DNA of 41,286 nucleotides from Nemertoderma westbladi. Its lineage: Eukaryota; Animalia; Xenacoelomorpha. The first letter of the stretch is position 1; each line of letters begins with the position of its first letter. The notes beneath the pieces were generated by a model that saw only the letters and a program-made list of their open reading frames with translations, was not told the DNA's origin and did not search any database. The stretch is from contig JAUCBJ010007498.1 in NCBI GenBank assembly GCA_032718475.1, positions 1-41,286 on the forward strand, written 5' to 3'. Shown one piece after another: positions 10,837 through 19,793 of the stretch. The position numbers and the translations under genes were made by a program.

Positions 10837-13800
10837 ATGGCGCCAGTACAGCACTCACCAAAACACGAACCCCAACCACTCCCGCACCAGCGCCTGGCTG
10901 GAGGCAGCCCTTCGCCTACCCCACCTGACAGTCACATGTCTGACCCTCTGAATCAGATGACGCCAAATGAAGAAACCGAACCTGACTCTCTCGCAATGGA
11001 GGAAAATACGGGTCACAACAGACTGATGGGTTCGAGTATGCCCCCCATAAACACACAAACTGACACTACCAGTATAAATACAAAAAAAAACAAAAAATTA
11101 AAGTCATCAACCAACACTCCAAAAAAACATGAACATACAAAACAAAACACCTCAACTTTGGAACCAAAAGAGAAGTCAAAAAAAAAGAATTTATCCAACA
11201 CACACAGTAACAAAATTAATGTAACCTTCTCTACCACCAGCGATACTCTAAACGACATTAGCATATCTGAAATAGAGGAGTCAATGGGCTTTTTTGCCGA
11301 TTCTTCAAAAAACCTATCATCAACGCAGAATGCGCCAACAGCTGAAATCGTCAAAGCCATAACAAAACCAAAGAGAACCAATCCTAGAACCCTAATCCCC
11401 CCCCTACCTAGAGAAATACACCTAATAAAAATACCTGATCCTACTTCACGAGAGAAAACAATCACAACTAGAGGGGATAAAGAATTATATATCAGTGACC
11501 ATATAATAGAATATTTCTTTGGAATATTGGAGATACAGTTTTCACACACCATAACCATCCCCATTGAATTAAGTAAAAAGCTACACCAAAAGGAGTGGGA
11601 TATTTCAGCTGCCCTTAGACATATCACAAGTTCCTGGGATCCAACGACTCAGCAAAACTCAATCATACTCATACCAGACATCGACGATGAACATAAACAT
11701 TTCACACTTCATGTAGCAGATCCAACAAAAAAAATAGTATATACCCTAGATCCCTTGGACGACAATCCAACATCGTCAATTGCTGCCACAATAACCAATT
11801 TATTCAACCTCATACATAAAGTGAAAAACCCTAATAATCTGCAAGAATCACCATGGATCACAAAGCAAAACACGAGACAATACCCGGGACAAAAAAACGG
11901 TTATGACTGTGGGATATACATTTGTCTCTATGGCTTAGCCCTAGCTCAGAAATCTTCATCAATAAGAGAAGACCATGAAAATAGTCCAGAGATCCGTGCA
12001 TGGTTCAAGAGATCTGTAGAAGACTGTCGCATTGAAATAACCGCAACACAACAAGAACCAACCTTCTCAATAGACCCTAACTTGAACAACCTGAATCTAC
12101 TAATGAATGCATCAACAACTGAAGAAATAATGTCTATAATACGTGCTGAAAAACTAATAAACAACCCCAAAGACATTTTCATTAAGACATTGATTCCCTT
12201 GGGATCTGGAACACTAAATAGATTGCAAAAAATTCTGCTAGACCACATAAAACTCTACATTTTAGGAAATAATCCCAGTCTTAGTATAACCGCGGTCAAT
12301 AGACGTTCCATGGAAGAATTATCCACAGATGTGGCTGAGTTTGCTCTCGCTATAGAGAATAATACCATCTCTCAATCGTTTAAAAAGCGTGTAAATTTAG
12401 ATACAATGGATTGTTTCAGCATACTTCAACTGACAGACCTTGTTGCAAATCTACAGCTTGAGGTGAAATCCCTTTCTGGAGCTCATAATGCTGCAATCGA
12501 AACCATTCACCTGCTACAGAACTCAATCACAAATATGACCCTAGAAATAAATGACCTGCAGAAATCAGTAGCATCCGGAACAAAACAACAAAATAAAGCA
12601 GCAAAGAGGCGAACAAAAAAGGAGAAAAAACGGAAGCGCAAACAGAAAAACCAACAGACAAATATTAATAATACTGAAACCTCAATCCAAGACAGCGATG
12701 AATCGCAGGATGAGTCCCAAAGCATCTCAGACTCAGATGACTATGATAGTGATAATTCTACTCCCACCCCGACCCCGACTGATAGCAACGGGGCGAGTTG
12801 CCCAGCCTCCGAAAGTGATGATACCTTTCAAACATGGGATCAGATTGAAACTCCAGAAAAGGAACTTCTTGAAGTCGATATTGATACTGCAAACCTTGTC
12901 TACAATGGACACATTTCAGAATCGAAACCAACTGTAGTCAGACCAAGAACGCTGGAGGAAGTGACATATAATCCAAATGCCTGGACATCTGTACATCATT
13001 CAAATGGGAGGCCTAGCTCTAAACAACAAACAACAAAAGAAACAGCAATACCAATTAGCAACTTATTCAGTAATCTGGATCATGATTCCAAAATAGCAAT
13101 GCTACTTGAGAGACAAAATGTAATCCTACAAAACATAGAGAAGAGCAATAAAAAAGAACACATTCCGACTACAAACCCAGAAGTAACTAAAAAGAAAACA
13201 GACTTGAAAAATAATGAACAAGTGCAAACAATACTAGTGTCAGGTTTACCAAAAAATACAGGATCGGTCAGCCTCTCTCAATTTTGTTACAAACAAACTG
13301 GAATATATCCGGTCCACGTTTGGGTTAGAGGCAATAAAGGAGAAATCAAAGAAGCCATAATAACAGTGCAGCCAGCTGACTACCACATCTTTATAAACAA
13401 CCATATGTGGCCTGGAGACAACCCAACAACATGCAATTACCATAGAAATAGACAAGACAGAAACCGACAAACTACAACTCATAACCCGTATAGTAACAAC
13501 GAACATGACCTTAAAGATAATCATGAGGGAACCAACCACAAAAACTACCAAAGACAATCATATGCTTGGAGCAACAAATCACAATGTCAATCGTGGAAAC
13601 CAACAGACAACTACGGATACAGAGAATCACGAAACAAACCAACAGACAACTACAGATATACATCACACAATTATAGGGGACACAGGGGTAACCTGCTGAA
13701 CAACAACAAACAAAACTCCCGGAACTATTATTGCGATGGAAGCCAATATGACCACAGAGACAAACAACCAGCCTGGAAAGATGGGAACAGAACTCAACGA

Positions 13801-13914
13801 GAAATAAATATTAATGCTTCCGATGAGCAACAAACTATGAACAATGGTTTCATCAACTCTGGGAACTATCGGAAAGAACGGTCCCACACAAGGGACTACA
13901 ATCGGTATTTTTAA
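10837..13914 (+). CDS. LINE ORF1 protein (1025 aa): disordered N-terminus, peptidase C48/Ulp1-like domain, coiled coil, basic NLS-like tract, acidic tract, RRM-like domain, N/R/Y-rich tail
   Basis: First ATG in good context (GACATGG) at 10837; the track start at 10810 is a GTG. Motifs: YISDHIIEYFF, ILIPDIDDEHKHFTLHVAD, VYTLDPL, PGQKNGYDCGIYIC. Heptad region about 12430-12570, KRRTKKEKKRKRKQK, and TILVSGLP...MWPG at 13228-13420. Confidence 0.9.
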   Translation: MAPVQHSPKHEPQPLPHQRLAGGSPSPTPPDSHMSDPLNQMTPNEETEPDSLAMEENTGHNRLMGSSMPPINTQTDTTSINTKKNKKLKSSTNTPKKHEHTKQNTSTLEPKEKSKKKNLSNTHSNKINVTFSTTSDTLNDISISEIEESMGFFADSSKNLSSTQNAPTAEIVKAITKPKRTNPRTLIPPLPREIHLIKIPDPTSREKTITTRGDKELYISDHIIEYFFGILEIQFSHTITIPIELSKKLHQKEWDISAALRHITSSWDPTTQQNSIILIPDIDDEHKHFTLHVADPTKKIVYTLDPLDDNPTSSIAATITNLFNLIHKVKNPNNLQESPWITKQNTRQYPGQKNGYDCGIYICLYGLALAQKSSSIREDHENSPEIRAWFKRSVEDCRIEITATQQEPTFSIDPNLNNLNLLMNASTTEEIMSIIRAEKLINNPKDIFIKTLIPLGSGTLNRLQKILLDHIKLYILGNNPSLSITAVNRRSMEELSTDVAEFALAIENNTISQSFKKRVNLDTMDCFSILQLTDLVANLQLEVKSLSGAHNAAIETIHLLQNSITNMTLEINDLQKSVASGTKQQNKAAKRRTKKEKKRKRKQKNQQTNINNTETSIQDSDESQDESQSISDSDDYDSDNSTPTPTPTDSNGASCPASESDDTFQTWDQIETPEKELLEVDIDTANLVYNGHISESKPTVVRPRTLEEVTYNPNAWTSVHHSNGRPSSKQQTTKETAIPISNLFSNLDHDSKIAMLLERQNVILQNIEKSNKKEHIPTTNPEVTKKKTDLKNNEQVQTILVSGLPKNTGSVSLSQFCYKQTGIYPVHVWVRGNKGEIKEAIITVQPADYHIFINNHMWPGDNPTTCNYHRNRQDRNRQTTTHNPYSNNEHDLKDNHEGTNHKNYQRQSYAWSNKSQCQSWKPTDNYGYRESRNKPTDNYRYTSHNYRGHRGNLLNNNKQNSRNYYCDGSQYDHRDKQPAWKDGNRTQREININASDEQQTMNNGFINSGNYRKERSHTRDYNRYF

Positions 13915-16900
13915 AACAAACAAAGCAAGCATCTTTATACCTCCGGCAACCACATGTAATACTGAAGCAAAAGTAAACTCTGACCCTGATAGAAACTTTC
14001 ATACAAACCCATTAGGTTTGAACATCATAACATTTAACTGCCAAGGCTACACAAGAAATAAAAAGTACATTTACTCCCTCCTACATAATGAAGACCCACA
14101 CATTCTGGTACTACAAGAGCATTGGCTCAGCTGTAGAGAAGCTCAGTTCAACTTTAACAAAAAAAACCTACCAGCCGGCTACACCTGTTATACCTTTTCT
14201 GTAGCCGAAGGAATGAAGTCAAATAAAAAACGAGTACGTGGAGAAGGTGGTCTAGCCTTCCTAATTAAAGATGATATCTGCACATACTGTTCATCTGTTA
14301 CCACTACCTCTGACCGACTGATTGCGATGACAATTGATGATCACTTCCACTGCAATATCACTATCATAGGAACATATATGCCCTTTGATAATAAATCAAA
14401 CTACTCACGAACCAACTATTTAGAGGAATGCGGAAAGCTTACATCAATAATTGATGATTTAATACAAAATGGAAATGAAATAATCATAGCCGGAGACATA
14501 AATGGTGATATAACCCACAACGAAGACCATAATGAAGAAAATAAAAGATCTACCTTTGGAACAATTTTTCACACACAAATTGTCGGTCCCTATAAATTAC
14601 AAGCCTTTTCAAGCACACACTCCAAAACAACAGGCGGAAACGCAACCTATTTTTTCAAATCAAGAACAGGAATCACAATAAGAAGCTCCCTAATAGATCA
14701 TATAATATCCTCAGAAAACATTACTAATTGTTTAGAAGAACGCCATATCTTCCAACAAAACGATGATAACATTTCTGATCATACACCTGTCTCCTGCAAC
14801 TTCAACATTCCTCAAATGGAGCACAAACAAAAATTACAAAACAAACCGGCGTGGAGGAATACTAGACCTCGCTTCTTTCTATTTAAAGAAGCAACAACAG
14901 AACAGAAAGAAGCCTATAGAAAATCTGTTAATGACGAGCTACTGAGCTTTAGCAAAATCTTGCTTAACGATGATGGTGTTTCGTACTCAACAAACAAATT
15001 GCTACCAGAAGAGATGGTTAAAAAGATTAACCATACAATACTACAATCTGCCAAACACCACATCCCGTCCATAATACCCAAAAAATTGAAACGCTGGAAG
15101 AACCATGGAAACAATGGCAAGACACTCCCAACTCGGTCTACTATATCACTGAAATCTCTAGAAATGATAAAAATTAAACGAACTTCCAACAACAACTTAA
15201 CGTTGAAAGACGCCTCCCTTCAGAGACTACAAGAGGGTCGTATAAGAGCCAAATTAGCACATAGAGCATACCATGAACATATTTTGAGTCTCGCCCAAAC
15301 ATGTGCAAACGACACAGACAAATTCTGGAACAAACTCAAACGTGAGGAAACCAATCATACTACCATCACAGAAGCGAATGCGAATAAACTCTATACCCAC
15401 TATAAAGATTTCTTTGAGACAGACAGTAGTGATAAAAATAGCCACCAACAAACCACCAACGACGAAACTCAAGTCGACGGGGAAAACCTAGAAAGTAGTC
15501 CAACTAGTGAGCTCTTCAATGCCAAACTCTTTACAATCCAAGACATAAAGACTGCAATAGAATCACTTAATAAGGGAAAGGCGTCCGATTTTGCTAACAT
15601 AACAACAGAGCACCTAATTAATGCATCATCAAATACTATGTGTAAATATATTGCTTTCCTTTTCAACAGCATGACCCATTGTGGAGTCTTTCCGGACAAC
15701 CTATGTGCGAGTCTCTTACTACCACACATCAAGAATGCTACTAGAAAGAAAAACGATACAACAAATTACAGAGGAATTTCAATCTCATCAATCTTCGTCA
15801 AGCTGTGGGAAATTGTAGTTCTGAGCGAATTCACTCGAGAAGCAACTAGCCATCTCCAAATGGCATACAAGAAAGGAATCAATGGAGAAATCCCCTACAT
15901 GGTAGCCAATAAACTAATTAAGCGTTTTAATGCAGGTGGCTCAGACGTCCACGTGCTCTCAATAGACTTATCTGCGGCTTTCGACTGCGTAAACCACAAA
16001 TCTCTCTTTAGTAAGCTTAGGGAAACAAATATCGATAAACCCTGGTTACAACTACTCGAATCACTCTACAAAAAATCTACAGCTTATGTAAGAACAGGAC
16101 GACGTTTATACACACAATCAATCAAACTATCCAAAGGCGTAAGACAAGGGGGAGTATTATCTGCCTGGCTCTTTAATTTTTATCTAAAAGAATTATTCGT
16201 CAACATAGAATCATTAGGATTAGGTATACACATCAACAAGCACTCCTACCCTATAATTGGGTATGCAGATGACATACTGCTTCTAGCAAACCTAAAGAGC
16301 GATCTACAGAAGTTAACAACAGTCTGTACTACCTACTTCTCTGCACATGGCCTAAAAGCGAACCCAACAAAATCCCATTATGTTATCTGCTCACCAACAA
16401 CAAAGACAACCACTAAACAAACCCTGAAAGTTGGTCACACTACCCTAGAACACGAAAATAGTTGTCGATACCTAGGACTGCCCTTCCCCTTAACTCAGGA
16501 CAGCCTAAAAGACAACTTCGTCAAAAGGTGCTGGTGGAATGTGGCGCGATTAAAGAACCGGGGGTTATCAACTTCTGATGTGCCCCTGATAGTTACGAAG
16601 ACCATATGGAAAACCATTTGCACCCCATCAATCCTATATGGAACAGCAAATTACACAGATGCTATCACCAACGATTTTGAAGTCTTTTTTCGAAAGGCTA
16701 TGAGATCAATATTAGGTGTCAAAAACTACGTATCAAACAATACCCTGTACCTTCTCCTAGGACAAGAAACCCTATCATCCCTAGTGGCATACAACAAATG
16801 TAGGATCATATACAGTGCTTTCAACTCTCGCAATCCAAAAATAATATACCTCTTCGCCTGGCTTCTAGCGCAGCATAGCCTTAATATATATAAAGACCCC

Positions 16901-17152
16901 CTATTTGATGACTACAACGCTGCGTCGTGGATTTACGGACTACCATGCATAACCAGCCTAGTAACGGCATCCTACAGCACCAAACATACCATAAAGAATG
17001 CGAAAGAACGCAACAAGCCAACAGCCAAATATAAGGACATTTTCAATGCGCTGTTTTTAAATAGTATCCTAAACAACATCAACTCAGAAAACCACGTAAG
17101 GCATGAATGTATCCTTGATTTTTATGGAATCGAAAAATCAACCACACAATAA
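13844..17152 (+). CDS. LINE ORF2 protein: apurinic-like endonuclease plus reverse transcriptase (1102 aa)
   Basis: APE motifs: IITFNCQG, LVLQEHWL, GGLAFLIK, GTYMP, IAGDING, IDHII, ISDHTPV. RT motifs: NYRGISISS, DLSAAFDCVNH, GVRQGGVLS, YADD (16262-16273), GLKANPTKS, RYLG. Confidence 0.96.
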   Translation: MVSSTLGTIGKNGPTQGTTIGIFKTNKASIFIPPATTCNTEAKVNSDPDRNFHTNPLGLNIITFNCQGYTRNKKYIYSLLHNEDPHILVLQEHWLSCREAQFNFNKKNLPAGYTCYTFSVAEGMKSNKKRVRGEGGLAFLIKDDICTYCSSVTTTSDRLIAMTIDDHFHCNITIIGTYMPFDNKSNYSRTNYLEECGKLTSIIDDLIQNGNEIIIAGDINGDITHNEDHNEENKRSTFGTIFHTQIVGPYKLQAFSSTHSKTTGGNATYFFKSRTGITIRSSLIDHIISSENITNCLEERHIFQQNDDNISDHTPVSCNFNIPQMEHKQKLQNKPAWRNTRPRFFLFKEATTEQKEAYRKSVNDELLSFSKILLNDDGVSYSTNKLLPEEMVKKINHTILQSAKHHIPSIIPKKLKRWKNHGNNGKTLPTRSTISLKSLEMIKIKRTSNNNLTLKDASLQRLQEGRIRAKLAHRAYHEHILSLAQTCANDTDKFWNKLKREETNHTTITEANANKLYTHYKDFFETDSSDKNSHQQTTNDETQVDGENLESSPTSELFNAKLFTIQDIKTAIESLNKGKASDFANITTEHLINASSNTMCKYIAFLFNSMTHCGVFPDNLCASLLLPHIKNATRKKNDTTNYRGISISSIFVKLWEIVVLSEFTREATSHLQMAYKKGINGEIPYMVANKLIKRFNAGGSDVHVLSIDLSAAFDCVNHKSLFSKLRETNIDKPWLQLLESLYKKSTAYVRTGRRLYTQSIKLSKGVRQGGVLSAWLFNFYLKELFVNIESLGLGIHINKHSYPIIGYADDILLLANLKSDLQKLTTVCTTYFSAHGLKANPTKSHYVICSPTTKTTTKQTLKVGHTTLEHENSCRYLGLPFPLTQDSLKDNFVKRCWWNVARLKNRGLSTSDVPLIVTKTIWKTICTPSILYGTANYTDAITNDFEVFFRKAMRSILGVKNYVSNNTLYLLLGQETLSSLVAYNKCRIIYSAFNSRNPKIIYLFAWLLAQHSLNIYKDPLFDDYNAASWIYGLPCITSLVTASYSTKHTIKNAKERNKPTAKYKDIFNALFLNSILNNINSENHVRHECILDFYGIEKSTTQ

Positions 17153-17213
17153 TAACTCATGACTAGGTACACACAGAGCTAACTATCACCATGGTGTCTT
17201 TGAGTGACCTGAC

Positions 17214-17270
17214 TTTTATTGATTTATTGTTTTATTGATTTACTGATTTATTGATTTATTTTTTGATTAT
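17214..17270 (+). repeat. LINE 3' microsatellite tail (TTTATTGA)n
   Basis: About 7 degenerate copies of TTTATTGA directly after the 3' UTR. Confidence 0.85.
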
Positions 17271-17288
17271 TGACCGTTTTAATTATAG

Positions 17289-17599
17289 CCTGCCGGGGCG
17301 TATGCCGTGCAAATGAATGAATGATCGGAGGCACTATCGCAGAGGATTGGGATATGCTTTACAACAAGGGGTTGATATCAGAGGAGTTCTACAACGCAGC
17401 CAAAGAAAAGAGAGTGACCGGGGAGTTATGCGACAGCATGGCAGAAGAATTCGCGCAGGGGGACGCGAAGATTGAGGAAAAGATTGCCAAAGAATGCAGG
17501 GAGGATGCAAAGAAAGATGGGGTGTTCAGTGCAGCGCCAATTACCCCCATTGCTAAATCTCTGATCATCCTTGCCATTATTACCATTGGACTATTCTAG
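17289..17599 (+). CDS. Last coding exon of the small putative GPI-anchored protein; contains a 1-nt frameshift near 17320 (pseudogenised allele or assembly error)
   Basis: Acceptor TTTTAATTATAG at 17288. The exon reads PAGAYAVQMNE* in the spliced frame; the 92-aa ORF from 17321 is in another frame and ends DGVFSAAPITPIAKSLIILAIITIGLF* (small residues, then a terminal hydrophobic tail). Composition is coding-like and purine-rich. Confidence 0.55.
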
Positions 17600-17763
17600 A
17601 ACTAGAATTATGTAGACTGTACTCATACAGTTCGCTACATATGCCAAACTGTGGTCTATACTTTAGTATTATTTCTTTGGGTTCATCACTAAACTTAGTA
17701 CATCTATACTGTAATACCGGAAACTGTATTTACACACAAGTATATGTGTTGAGACACGTCAGT

Positions 17764-17825
17764 TATAATTATTATTATTCATACTTATTACTTCGTGGGG
17801 CCTTCGCGCAGCACGAGGCGCAGTT
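17764..17825 (-). mobile_element. Possible very short 3' end of an RTE-type LINE or SINE
   Basis: Minus strand GCCTCGTG...CACGAAG hairpin followed by a TAATAAGTATGAATAATAATAA tail. Confidence 0.3.
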
Positions 17826-17969
17826 ATGAATTGAGCGATTCTATCTCAAAGTCGGTATTTAACAAATTTAGTGCAGGCGACACATTTGTAAGAAATATTA
17901 AAAATATTCTTAAATTATTTTACCATGTCAATGCCTCAACGAAATTTATTTAGCTTCTAGTCCCTTCTA

Positions 17970-19150
17970 CTAGGTCGTGCGAACTCGGACAGTGGAAATG
18001 AGATCCTTCCAGGCTTCCCGATTCTCCATAGTTGTCGCAATTTCGTTTCTCCCAAGTTCAGTATCCCTTTCAAGTTGATCTATATATGTTATGGCCGCTC
18101 GTCCACGAGTACGCTTTCCAGGAGTTGGTTGCCAGAAAAGTAGATCTGGTATGACCTCGTCTTTACTTCCCCAGCAGTGCCCACTGAATCTTAATCTGCG
18201 TTCACTGAGGGTGGTTACAGGTGGTATTGTACCATAGAGCTCGGCGTGTTGTCTCCAGCTGATGTTTAGGGCTGCCCTTAGTAGTCTTGTGCAGCAACCA
18301 TCAATTCGGTTTTCAAGTGATTTAGTCAGTGTCCAGGTCTCACCCCCGTATAAAAATACACATTCCACTGTGGCTCGAATGAACTTAGTCTTCAGGTGCC
18401 TGGAGAGATCTGATTTCCAGATGGTATCCATTTTTGATGGAGCTACCCAAGCCTTTGCTTTCCTAACTTCTATGTCTTTTTTGCTACTCTCTATCCATGA
18501 TCCAAGGTACTGGAAGTCATCGACCTTCCTTAGTTGATTATTATCAATGGTTGTCAAGTTACCATTTACATTACAAGTCATGAATTCGGTCTTGGTAGCA
18601 TTTATATGCAATCCAACCTCCTTAGCAGCCCTCTCCACTTTATTCAGTAGAAGTTGTGCATCTGCTAGCGTATTAGAGAGCAGGGCGATGTCATCCGCAA
18701 AGTCGGTCTCTGTGACTGTAGTTGCCGGATATCTACTACTTCTGCGTTCTTGTAGTATGAATCCCAGATCTTTACCCTTTGTAGCCAACCTCATTGCGTA
18801 ATCCAGTACAATTACAAACAGTAATGGTGCTAATGTGTCACCTTGCAGTACGCCAGCCGGGATTGAGAAGAACTCAGTTACACTATTTGGTGAGAGTACC
18901 AGCGCTTCTGTGTCACAATATAACAATCCAATGCCAGCGACAATTACCTCTGGTATTCCATAAGCTCTTAGGATTTCAAGCATTTTACCTCTATGGATGG
19001 AGTCGAATGCCTTCTTGAAGTCCACAAAAGTCATGACTGCGGGGAGATTCTTTGACTTAATTCCCTCAATCAGTCTCCGAAGCGCAAGTATCTGAGCTTC
19101 GTTGATCTATTTGGGCGAAATCCGTTTTGACTCTTACACAGCAGTTTCTA
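17970..19150 (-). pseudogene. RTE reverse transcriptase, C-terminal part
   Basis: 354-aa ORF 17970-19034, plus an upstream frameshifted SQNGFRPNRST / QILALRRLIEG. Confidence 0.88.
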
Positions 19151-19151
19151 T

Positions 19152-19793
19152 ATTTCGGCCAATTTGAGCATTCAGGTCACCAGCAATGACTTTGACGTTT
19201 TGTGTCGGAATGTCCTCTTTATAAGTCCTGTCAGATCTTCATAAAACTTGACTGCTTGTTCTGGCTCTGAGGCATTGGTTGTACTGTAGCAACATATAAC
19301 TGTTGCCTTGGGATTCCACTCTAATGCTGCAACCATGAGCATGAGCAGTGGAATTTATAGATTCGATGCTGTTTAGGGTCTGAAGTGCAAATGGGTTTAG
19401 CAGAATTCCTACTCCACCAATTGATGCATTGGGCGGATATCGTACTGCTGAGCTTGTTACTAACGTCCAGCCATTTCCAATGTCATTGTACTTCATGGCA
19501 GTATTTTCATGACAAATCCGATGTTCTTGGATACAGATGATGTCGATGTTATATTCCATTGCCAGAGCGACTATGTCACCCTGTTTGTTATGTGCTTTCA
19601 GCGTGCATGCGTTCATTGTGGCAATATTTTGTGTCTTTTTACATTTCAACAGGTTGGTTCTTCTTTCTTCTCTGTCTTTTGTTCCAGTAGCCGATTTTTC
19701 GACCCTAGTCTGGTGTACCACTGAGGGTCGCGGTCCTTGTTGACCCGGGCGACGACCGAGCCGGTATTTCTCCTGGAGGGTTCTCATGCTCAT
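19152..19793 (-). pseudogene. RTE APE endonuclease, N-terminal half
   Basis: ORF 19239-19793 has APE motifs and continues through frameshifts to KVIAGDLNAQIGR at about 19155-19193. Confidence 0.85.

Larger units (their letters stand above)
10655..17270 (+). mobile_element. Full-length two-ORF non-LTR retrotransposon (APE-RT, RTEX-like) with Ulp1-type protease in ORF1
   Basis: About 180-bp 5' UTR, two uninterrupted ORFs, short 3' UTR and a (TTTATTGA)n tail. TGAC flanks both ends (10651-10654, 17271-17274) as a possible short TSD. Clade assignment is by motif resemblance only. Confidence 0.93.

Noticed and set aside
10855-15732. Minus-strand and alternative-frame ORFs within the LINE
   Set aside because: Shadow frames of A-rich coding sequence with no motifs.
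17291-17323. Selenoprotein reading (CRGVCRANE-UGA-MIGG in frame with the 92-aa ORF)
   Set aside because: It needs a weak phase-1 donor (GTATTT), gives a poorer signal peptide, and no SECIS core was found downstream. The frameshift model fits better. A SECISearch run would settle it.
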